Of a stretch of 64,000 nucleotides of DNA, positions 1-10,430 are shown piece after piece (position 1 is the stretch's first letter; the number at the start of each line of letters is the position of its first letter). Made by a program: the position numbers and the translations under genes. Below the pieces are notes generated by a model, which was not told the origin of the DNA, made no database searches, and saw nothing but the letters and a program-made list of their open reading frames with translations. The stretch lies in contig NC_090356.1 of the NCBI RefSeq assembly GCF_035084215.1, forward strand, positions 16,616,001-16,680,000. Direction: 5' to 3'. Source of the DNA: Heptranchias perlo (taxonomy: Eukaryota).

Positions 1-1198
1 GACTCCAGCAAGGGTCGGTGCCAGTCTCTGTAGAACAGGACTCCAGCAAGGGTCAATACCAGTCTGACTAGAACAGGACTCCAGCAAGGGTCGGTGCCAG
101 TCTCTGTAGAACAGGACTCCAGCAAGGGTCAATACCAGTCACTCTAGAACAGGACTCCAGCAAGGGTGAGTACCAGTCTCTCTAGAACAGGACTCCAGCA
201 AGGGTCAGTGCCAGTCTCTCTAGAACAGGACTCCAGCAAGGGTCAGTGCCAGTCTCTCTAGAACAGGACTTCAACAAGGGTCAGTGCCAGTCTCTCTAGA
301 ACAGGACTCCAGCAAGGGTCAGTGCCAGTCTCTCTAGAACAGGACTCCAGCAAGGGTCAGTGCCAGTCACTGTAGAACAGGACTCCAGCAAGGGTCAATA
401 CCAGTCTCTCTAGAACACGACTCCAGCAAGGGTTGGTGCCAGTCTCTCTAGAACAGGACTCCAGCAAGGGTCAGTGCCAGTCACTGTAGAACAGGACTCC
501 AGCAAGGGTCAATACCAGTCTCTCTAGAACAGGACTTCAGCAAGGGTCAGTGCCAGTCACTGTAGAACAGGACTCCAGCAAGGGTCAGTGCCAGTCTCTC
601 TAGAACAGGACTTCAGCAAGGGTCAGTGCCAGTCACTGTAGAACAGGACTCCAGCAAGGGTCAGTGCCAGTCTCTCTAGAACAGGACTCCAGCAAGGGTC
701 AATACCAGTCTCTCTAGAACAGGACTCCAGCAAGGGTTGGTGCCAGTCTCTCTAGAACAGGACTCCAGCAAGGGTCAGTGCCAGTCTCTCTAGAACAGGA
801 CTTCAGCAAGGGTCAGTGCCAGTCTCTCTAGAACAGGTCTCTAGCAAGTGTCAGTACCAGTCTCTGTTGAACAGGACTCCAGCAAGGGTCAGTGCCAGTC
901 TCTCTAGAACAGGTCTCCAGCAAGGGTCAGTGCCAGTCTCTCTAGAACAGGTCTCCAGCAAGGGTCAGTGCCAGTCTCTCTAGAACAGGACTCCAGCAAG
1001 GGTCAGTGCCAGTCTCTCTAGAACAGGTCTCCAGCAAGGGTCAGTGCCAGTCTCTGTAGAACAGGACTCCAGCAAGGGTCAGTGCCAGTCTCTCTAGAAC
1101 AGGACTCCAGCAAGGGTCAGTGCCAGTCTCCGTAGAACAGGATTCCAGCAAGGGTCGGTGCCAGTCTCTCTAGCACAGGACTCCAGCAAGGGTCAGTG
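1..1198. repeat. 38-bp tandem minisatellite, about 31 copies, runs off the window start
   Basis: The unit GACTCCAGCAAGGGTCAGTGCCAGTCTCTCTAGAACAG recurs with period 38 (starts at 1, 39, 77...) with few substitutions. Confidence 0.97.
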
Positions 1199-1818
1199 TT
1201 GACAGAAGAGGACAGGGAAATACTTTTAAATGGGCAAAATATAACCAAAGCAGTTTAATAATGTGAATATTACTGAAAAGGGATTGAAGTATCAGTAGTT
1301 TGTTCAGATGATGGCTGCCGTGAGTGATTTTGTTGTTTATTGTTGTTGTGTCATGTTTTTTGCTTTTCCACTTTCCCAAAGCAGAGGACATTAATTCCAC
1401 GACAGGAATTATTTTGTTGGCAGGTCCTCTAATGTGTTTACGAGCCATCCTACAAATTGTACTGATTTTTGGAGGGGAGGGATGGCTAGGTTTAGATTTT
1501 GTGTTATACTGTGCCTTCATCATACTGCATGCAAGGTTCACAGTAAGTGGTTTGCTTATAACCTCGTCAATTGAAATCACTGATTAGACAACAAACTCAG
1601 CAGTGTTCATGTGCAAAGCATATTTGTCTTGTATGCTGAAGAGGTTGATGTTGCCAGCAGTCCTTGCGCTGTTATGCAAGCCAGATGTTACAGCTGTGAG
1701 TCTTAAACAGATGTCAATGAATGTGTTTATTTAGCAACCAAATCTTGAAGCCTCCTGGAGGCTAAATCGTGAATTGTCATGACAACCGTAAAAAGCTGCC
1801 TTTTGTTTTGTTTTACAG

Positions 1819-1850
1819 ATCTTGAAGTGGAAGAAAGCGTAATTCAGTGA
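1819..1850 (+). other. Candidate short terminal coding exon of an upstream + strand gene (possibly PUSL1 by synteny)
   Basis: Strong acceptor ttttgttttgttttacag| followed by (D)LEVEESVIQ*. No recognisable protein similarity; identity rests only on the PUSL1-INTS11-CPTP order in other vertebrates. Confidence 0.2.
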
Positions 1851-2563
1851 TTGTGGATGGGTCAACGAGCTCAGTGAATTGTCTTGGAACAGACTTCAGG
1901 CTCCAAAGTCTGTTGTAGCAAATGGCAATTATTAACAAGAATGGATTGGCTTAGTTGTGCAAAGACATGTTTATGTTACGTAAACACTCTTGAATGGGTT
2001 ACAAATTATGGAGAAACAACAATATTGGATGAAGGCCAATTTTTTATTAATCTTAGGGACTGCCAATAATAATCAGCTTCGAAAAAAAAATCACCAGCGT
2101 TGCGTATGAAAGTGAGTGGGAATAAGAACATGAAGCAGCCTGGAGCACAATAAAGGCCACTCAGCCCATCAGGTCCATTTCTACCAAAGCACATGCCCAA
2201 TACACTCCATGATGGACTCTACCATCTCCTGAGGAAAGGTCAACAAAGGTTTTTCCAGCCTGCAAAAGTATATCTGTCCATCTAGTCTTACATCACCATT
2301 GACATGATATATCCATTGTCCCAACGTCCTGGGAACCATCGCATTCTACACAGCGTTTCATTGTCTCTATCTGTACTTCTAACCCCTAGGATTCATGGAT
2401 GTACAATATACGTTACCAGCTAAAGTAGTTTGCACCTTTTAAAAAAATAGCTGGATGAATATCTAGTTAGAACGGGATTGGAGGCTATCTAGATAGCTAC
2501 AAATAATGGTCCATGGAACCAGGAGATAAGTGAGTTATCTGTGGAATGGAACAAGGACAAGCC

Positions 2564-2631
2564 AACGTCTCCCCAACACCAAGAGAAATCAGTACAAATT
2601 TAAAGATTTCTCTTGGTGTTGGGGAGACGTT
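2564..2631. repeat. Perfect 27-bp inverted repeat with 14-nt loop
   Basis: aacgtctccccaacaccaagagaaatc (2564-2590) is the exact reverse complement of 2605-2631. Confidence 0.92.
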
Positions 2632-5159
2632 TTACAGAGTTTTATCAACTTGAATACAATGAACTAGGAATATTATGAACCATGAATATAATGAGCTAGG
2701 AATAGATACTGTTGGCCCTCAGAAGGCAAGTCTAGTGCGTAGAACAAGGACAAACCAAGGTAGAAAAGGATGAAGCGAGTATAGGGGGTGTTTATGTTTT
2801 ATCTTTGGTGAATTAGATCAGTACGAGGGGAAGAGTACATAAACCATATATGGATCAGCTCTATATTGGTGTGAGATATTTAAAGCAATAGCAAACTTCA
2901 GTGAAAAAAAGAAAACCCAAATGCTCTTCAGAATTATTGGCTTAAATCTTTAGATCTCCAGATAAATACTAATTCCTGATTCAAAGAAAATGTTCCCCAA
3001 GTTCCAGCTTGTTCCTGACTTTGTGCCTCTCCAATCATTCTAGTACATGGAGACCTGGCACAAACATTTTTTGTGGATCTCTCTATTTATTGTATATAAC
3101 TGCATTCTGCTGTAATTCTCAGACTCATTCCCGATCCCTAAGAGTTTTTTTATTCGTCAACTTTGAGACCCAGATTTAAATTCTATTCTTGATAATATCC
3201 ACACTCAGACGTTCCTTAGCAGGTACATTTTAGCAGTTTGTGCCAAGTCACCTGCAAGCATGAGAGGGAGTCGCTCTTTTAAGTAATTTTAAAAAAAAAT
3301 GTAGTGGGCTTCAAACGACAAGATGTGAGGAGACAATAGAAATGATCAATCACATTGAATGAAAGGTCATAGAGAAATCTTAGTGATAGGCCATCAATTG
3401 GAGTAACAGATTGAACAAGTTAAGATGAAAAAAATCTGAAGTTGTTTGCATTTGTGTGACCATTAGAAGACTACAAAAATCTATGAGTTTAAAAAAATAC
3501 AAACACAAAATCTGAATGATAGGAAGTGGATTGAAAGTGGAGAAACAGGAAGATTTCTATTTAGAAAGTGAATTGTCGACTTTAATATATTAAATCTGTA
3601 CATATGTTTTTTTGTGCTTATTTTAAATATTTTTATCAGTCGAGGGCCACCACCCTCTGCTTTTATCAACTTTTATAAACAGATTGCAGTCTCCACCACA
3701 GTTTGATGCTAATTCCACTCAGTGTCCCACAGGATGGTTAAGTATTACAGAGATGATACAGTTACGTAGAAGGCTCCTGCAACTCTGCATATTGGTGTCT
3801 GCTAACTGTACAAGTGCATTTGTGACCACAGTTCACTTCCTCTTCCTTCACTGGCTCTTATACTGACCAAGACACACAAATTGTTCTACTATAACTAAGT
3901 GGAATAGATACCAACTGTAGCACAGTTCTACAAAAACAGACAGCACTCGTTCCATAAACTATTGGGTGTCTTGTTGCATTTCTCTCATGAAGTTTGAGAG
4001 CGCAGCGTTTTATAGAGAAGTGGATTTTCTACAGCATTGCTCAGGGTAAGTGAGAGGATACATTGTTTGAGAGAGAGGTGCTGGGTTTGCAGGTAAGGAG
4101 TAGTTACGACAGGATGGTAAATAGTTTGGAAAGAGGCATGAATATTATGGGGAAGTGGGTACTTGTGATAGTGGAAGTAGTGAACGAGCTGTGAGAGGCA
4201 GTGAGTAATCAGGGAATAATGAGTATTTGGACAGTTTGGGATAATGAGTATTTGGGTTTGGGGTGAGAACTCGGGATGGTGGCTGGAACAAGGGATAATG
4301 CGTAATTTGGGGAAGGGTGATGATGGGAGAGTGAATGGTTACGGTGCAGGCAGTTGGTAACTGATAATGTGGAGAGTAGGGATTTGTTCAAAACAGCTTA
4401 CATACACACTGGACCTAGACACATAGCTATCACAGCTGTGATTAGTTAGATTGTTTACATTTTCTATCAATAAAACACAGATAATTATGATCAAAGCCTT
4501 TGCGTTTGCTTGAGATGCTTTCAAATCTAAGTTGTATTTTGTTTTTGCAAAAAAAAATCTTTATTTGACTGCATAAGAAAAGACATTATAAGGTGGATTT
4601 ATACCCCATCAATGGACATTATCAGGGCCCAGTTGAGCAGAGGCATGGGTGGAGATCACTTACACTGGATCTCCATTCATGACATACATTTCCAGTAGGA
4701 TTTAAAACTGGCGTTAGAAGTTCTCACCAGAAATAAATGAGAGCTTAATTTCAATATGTTAATGCAGCAGATGTGATGTCCTTTGGACATCAATGATATT
4801 TCCTTGACTTTATATGAGAAGTAGCCTGAATTAATTTTATCCCTAGATCTTAGGTGTCCAGGATTGCTATGCTGTACCTTTGAAAACAAACTTATTTAAA
4901 GGACAGTCTGCAAATTCACAAATATTATTTTCAACTGTCTTTAGTGGAATTTTTCTTTCTTTCTTGGGGGAGGGGCTAACTCTAGTGGTGAAAGAGCCTT
5001 TGCAACAGAGGTTTTGGCCCTCAGTTTTTTCCTGTCAGCCTACTATTTGAGATAATGGTGCTCCTATTTATGCTATTTGAAGGAAGAAGTGAAGCAGGAA
5101 TGAAGGATGCCGGACGTGTCAGATTATTCTTGGAAGAGGATTGCAGTAATCCACCAATA

Positions 5160-5620
5160 CTCCCCCACTGGTAAAGCAAAGGTGGATTTACCTGGACTTG
5201 TCTGAGGAACAGCGACTATGTAGATTAAGGTTCACCAGGGAGGCTGTGACAGGTTTGTACCAAATGCTGTAAGCAGGCCCAAAGCCAAACTCCAGGTTTG
5301 GCATGGCATGCCAGTGGCTATGAAGGTAACTTCAGCTCTGGACTTTTATACCTAAGGCTCATTCCAGTCTGCCACAGGGTATATCAGCAACATCAGTCAA
5401 TCTGCAGTGCACAGATGTATCAAGCAGACCTGCTGCATTATTTGCCAGAGCTTGCAACTTTATTCCTTTCCCGGTGACCACTGGCAGGAACGTGAGAGGA
5501 AGCTGTACTTTTTTTTCAAATCGCAGGATTCCTCCAAGTCATTGATTGCACCTATGTATCCTTACATGCTCCTGCACACAATAACCGCATTCACAAACTG
5601 GATGGAGGTGGCCCTCAATC
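5160..5620 (+). mobile_element. Degenerate PIF/Harbinger (HARBI1-like) transposase remnant
   Basis: Translates to YLDLSEEQRLCRLRFTREAV and PVAMKVTSALDFYT*GSFQSATGYISNISQSAVHRCIKQ. These are colinear with FMDLSEEQCIRRLR and PVAVKVTTALNFFASGSFQGATGDITGVCQSSAHKCIRQV in the intact copy at 57317-58540. Stops and frameshifts are present. Confidence 0.8.
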
Positions 5621-7388
5621 TCTCTGATCATAGACTGCAGGCTGTACCACCTCAGAAACAGAGAGGGCAACCTGCCTGCTTGCTCACACATCAACAAAAA
5701 GCAGTGGCGGGAGACTCCAAAAGTGTTGTCATCCTGAAAGGAAGCACCATCATTATTTCATGCCTGCCGCCCTGCTGGGCACAGCCTCACCAGGCCCACT
5801 GATCTACTTGACAGCAGACGGATGGTAGCAATGAGATTGTTGAAGCCCCTATCAATGGCTCTCTCCATGCAATTGCATGGAGCCTGCCCAAATAGAAGGA
5901 GATAGCCTGTTGAGTAATGGAGTCGAAGGCCTCTATGGCAGCAGTCTAAGTATTCACTAGGGCGGTTACCATTGGCATTTGGGCTTCTGCCACAGAGCTG
6001 GGTCTCTAATGTAGATGTTTCTGGAGTTACCATACACTCCATGTTGAAGTGGTATTTCGATTCCATGCATTATCACAGTTCAAACGTGAGTAATGGACTG
6101 AACCACACAAACTGTCATCTGTTGAAAATTGCTTGGTACAGTCTCAAATAACTGCAGCAAGCTTTGATGCCCAGAAAGCATCCCTCTTTTAAAAGCAAGT
6201 GTCCAGTAGTCTGGATCCCTATCACCTGAGAATTGACCCCGGATTGTCACTTTCAGAACAGCAAGTTTCTGTACCTCCTGTGCCACCATTACCTGTTCCT
6301 GCTCACTTGTGTTGTTAGTATCATTCAATGCACTCTCCTCGCTCTCACTCACCACATCCCTTGGTGTGGGTGTCTCTGAGCTGGTACTATGCAGAGTTTG
6401 AGTGTGGTATGATGCATGCTGTGAGATGGAAACTTACTCCCGGTTCCTGGCCCCCATCTCTGCTTCATGTGGTTCATTTAGAGAAAAAGAGTAATATATG
6501 ATAATATGGTGTTTTGATGCTAACTCTTCAAATGTATCTTTCTACTGAATGCATTGGAATTGTATGTCATGTTGCCAGTGAGTGAATAGGAAGAGAAAAA
6601 TGAGCTGCAGAAATTTAGTATAAACCTGAACAGCACCAGGCCACCAATTTCCCTATCCCTTGTTTCCTCTGTGACTCCTCGGTCCTTGGTCTCAGTGGCT
6701 TTATTTACCTGCACTTGGACTTTCAGGGATTTACTTATTTGAACCCCTCGGTCTTTATGTTAAATCGAAATCGTCAGCATCTTTCCTTGTTCTTCCATCT
6801 TCCTTTACTAGGGACTAAATTTTTAACTCTTACTTTTTTTTTAAAAGCATTGGATAAACAGCAAGTGGTAAGAAAGTTGCATCAGGTTGAGGGGATTTAG
6901 TATTTAGCAGAACCTGGCAGGAGGAGTCATGGGGTTTAGTGGTACAGGAGCGGGGTGCTGGGCTTTAGTAGCAGTGGAGGTGTTCATGGGTTTTGGCAGA
7001 ACTGGGTGCTGGAAGATTGTGTTGAAAGCAAAGAATGGTGAGTGACCCAAAAGGATTTACATTGTAATGGTCAGATTTTGTGAGTTGTTATAGAATGTGG
7101 CTGGAAACCTTTCTTATCCATATTAAGAGGGTTGGATATCATGGTGCGTAATCTCTTTCCCTTGTTGAAGTTTTCAAGATTATGAAAGGAATTGATAAAG
7201 TTAATCTAGGCAAATTGTTCACTGTGGTAAAGAGATGAAATATCAGGGAACTCAAGTTAAAAATCAGTAGTTAGGAATGAGAAAGGAAGTCACCCAGGGA
7301 AGACACTGAACATAAATGGGTTTAAGAGGCAATTGGATACATTTCTGGAGAAAGGATTGAGGGAGATAGTCTCTGATCATCTGTGATC

Positions 7389-7606
7389 ATAGCTGATGAC
7401 AGGCTCAATGCATGAAAAAAGGTCAGGCTTTTAATAGGCCTAGTGTCCTTTTTCTGTTCCTAAAATGTTTAATGTTCTTTGTTGTGAGTTTTGCCACTCA
7501 CATTCTCAGGCAGTCCAATCATTCAGATTGTAAAAGCATAGCAACATTTTACATCATGAATCTGTGACATAAAATTATGTTTTCAATTGATCTACCAATA
7601 ACACAA
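7389..7606. repeat. Outer inverted repeat, left arm (partner 9275-9492)
   Basis: About 218 bp, reverse-complement identical to 9275-9492 with one mismatch seen. Confidence 0.92.
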
Positions 7607-7779
7607 TTGAAGGTCAGTAATACACTACAATCAAAAGAGATTAAACTTATCATCTTCCACCTGTTCTCATGAAAGCAATATTGCAAAGTCACAGGGGCTT
7701 GGACCTTTAAGAATTATTGGTGTTGTCACCATTGCGGTCTAAAAGGATTCAAATATTCCAAGATATTGGACACGAAACA

Positions 7780-7870
7780 AGCAGAAACAAGCAGCCTCCT
7801 CACAGGAAAAGTGGTTCATTCATGTATTTATTGACACTGCTGCATAAAAACCTCATGTTTCTTAAACGGG
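7780..7870. repeat. Inner inverted repeat, left arm (partner 8887-8977)
   Basis: About 90 bp, reverse complement of 8887-8977 with a few differences. Confidence 0.88.
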
Positions 7871-7876
7871 GATGTC

Positions 7877-8194
7877 CATAACCTGCCAGATTATGGGGAC
7901 CCTCTATTTTGCCAACATATACATAGCGTCACTTTTCTTAGCCTCATTGGCATGGATCGTTGTATCGCAGTGATCCACCCAAGAAAATACATCAGGATGA
8001 GAAACACAAACTGCTCGAAGATAACCTCGGCTCTGGTGTGGCTTGTATCTCTGGCCATCATGCTTCCCTTAGTCTTTGCAGGTTCACTGAACACCACTTT
8101 CAAAAACAACAGGACAGCTTGCTTTGAGAATTTCCTCCCTGAGACCTGGAGCAAGAGGATGGCAGCGTATAAAATTGTGGCATTCTTGTTTGGC
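7877..8194 (+). pseudogene. Partial duplicate (TM3 to TM5) of the P2Y/LPAR6-like GPCR
   Basis: Near-identical to 14448-14766. It has a 1-nt deletion (acattagc to acatagc), DRY changed to DRC and CpG transitions, lacks the N- and C-termini, and hits a stop at 8198-8200. Confidence 0.93.
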
Positions 8195-8886
8195 ACGTAA
8201 CTGTTTCTAATTGTTTGTGATAGTTGAGTTCGATTTTGTAATGAACAATGTATTTACTTAAGAGGAAATTAAGTGAACCAAACGGACTCGGGTGCCGTGG
8301 TCCGAGAGCTATTTTTATGTTACACTTGCTGTGTGGGTGAGACAGAAATTAATTTAAAGGTTAGGGGATATCCTGAAGGTGCTGAATCTCGTGTCAGTTA
8401 GTTCTGTTCAGTGGTTAGCTCTTCAGTTTGCTCAGTTCCCACCTACAAAGCAATTTGTTTAACGCACTTTCCATTTGCAGAGGCAGTTGTCTGTGATGGA
8501 AATCATTTGTCGCTGTTGAAATGTGTGGAGTGCAGTTTCCGTCTGAAAAGTGGAATAAATCTATTTGTATCTGAGACACGATTCCTGCTTACTGCATGGG
8601 ATCCCGATTCTCAAAACAAATTCAATCAGTGAAATTACTGCAGAGCTGTGAAGGATCGTATCTGAAAAACTGTTAGCCATACTTGGTGAGTGCTATACAA
8701 TATATTGCTTTTTCTTCTATCATAGCACAGGTTTATCCTATAAGACAGATATCCAGAAAGTAAAAATGTCAATGCTTTTATAAGCAAACAAGTGGACTAT
8801 ATAAAAAGAACTGAAAGTGTTTCATGCCACTTGTACCCATGTTAGATCCTGGTGTTTACTACAGGATCACTGATCCACAGACCTTT

Positions 8887-8977
8887 CCCGTTTAAGAAAC
8901 ATGAGGTTTTTAATGCAGCAGTGTCAGTAAATACATGAATGAACCACTTTTCTTGTGAGGAGGCTGCTTGTTCTGCT
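8887..8977. repeat. Inner inverted repeat, right arm
   Basis: Reverse complement of 7780-7870. Confidence 0.88.
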
Positions 8978-9274
8978 TTTTGTACTGCGCAGATTTAATC
9001 ATACTGGCGATAAGAACGTTTTGCGGCACTGCTGTGGCTTTTGGATAAACGAGTTAAAGATACAGAGATGACCAAATGTTAGTGGATCATTACATCTAGC
9101 TGGAACAACGAAATCTACAGATTTTGTACATCAAAGCTACTGGTTTATGAAGAATGCTTCAACTGTAGAAACTGTGCTGAAAAAATGAAAGTAAATATGC
9201 ATCTGTACAAGTATTGCAGGTCTAACATCTGATATTGGATTGGAACTGACGTGTGATTCAGACTCACTGTACTG

Positions 9275-9492
9275 TTGTGTTATTGGTAGATCAATTGAAA
9301 ACATAATTTTATGTCACAGATTCATGATGTAAAATGTTGCTATGCTTTTACAATCTGAATGATTGGACTGCCTGAGAATGTGAGTGGCAAAACTCACAAC
9401 AAAGAACATTAAACATTTTAGGAACATAAAAAGGACACTAGGCCTATTAAAAGCCTGACCTTTTTTCATGCATTGAGCCTGTCATCAGCTAT
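9275..9492. repeat. Outer inverted repeat, right arm
   Basis: Reverse complement of 7389-7606. Confidence 0.92.
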
Positions 9493-10115
9493 TTTCAGAA
9501 TGTTTATTGCCCTGATTAAACTAAACTATCAGAAGGCAAATACGTGGGAGTCATTTCACTCTTTCTCCTTAACAAGCAAATGTCCATCAGCTAAATAACG
9601 GAAATCACTACATTTACAGCAATTTCGATGATGGCTTCCACCCACCAGAGCAGTGGCCATTGAGGTGGCAGACCAGCATGAGACACTCAGTGTACCCGAG
9701 GAGTGGCTCATGCTGGTGTAAAATTCTGAGCAATTTACTTGGGGAAATGTAACTTAAAATATTACTTGCATTTTTTTAAAAAAGCAATCAATCATTGAAT
9801 CAATGATCTATCTTCTAAATCCAGGCCCTGCGTTTCCTCTGATCCCACTCTGCCACTATATGCATCGCAGGGGCCGCACTCCTGCCCGGCCACTAGTTGC
9901 CTCTCTGACTCCTGGGTTCAGGGGCATATGTCAGGCAGGCACCTGCGTCGTTGGCAGCACAACTGAGGCGCACACCTCAGGTGGGGAGTTGAGTAAACTG
10001 GTTGTGGTGCCTTGCTTCCCGAGTAAGAGGCAGCTGACGGTTTTGAATAGGCGAGTTACCCTGTGATTGTTGCAGTAGGGCAATCCCAGACTTTTAAATG
10101 TCCTATCACCCTGAG

Positions 10116-10430
10116 GGTACGGTAGCATAGTGGTTATGTTACTGGACTAGTAATCTGGAGTCATGAGTTCAAATCCCTAGCAGCTGGGGAATTTAAATTC
10201 AATTAATTAAATAAAATCTGGAATTTAAAAAATACTAGTTTCAGTAATAGTGGCCATGAAACTACAGGATTGTCGTAAAAACCCATCTGGTTCACTAATG
10301 CCCTTTAGGGAAGGAAACCTGCCATCCTTACCTGGTCTGGCCTATATGTGACTCCAGACCCACAGCAATGTGGTTGATTCTTAATTGCCCTCTGAAATGG
10401 CCTAGCAAGCCACTCAGTTGTACAATCTTG
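10116..10430 (+). mobile_element. tRNA-derived SINE-like head forming the 5' end of the adjacent LINE
   Basis: A box TAGCATAGTGG at 10123-10133, B box GTTCAAATCC at 10167-10176, and an anticodon-like loop CT-AGT-AA. A related head lies at about 49500-49683. Confidence 0.8.

Noticed and set aside
1-1198. CRISPR-like array (repeat length 38)
   Set aside because: Units abut with no unique spacers, there are no cas genes, and the context is vertebrate.
1170-1587. Hydrophobic ORFs after the tandem array
   Set aside because: AT-rich random frames with no motif or splice support.
10116-10180. Functional tRNA-Thr(AGT) gene
   Set aside because: No proper acceptor stem or terminator; it continues into a repeat body, so it is a SINE-type head.
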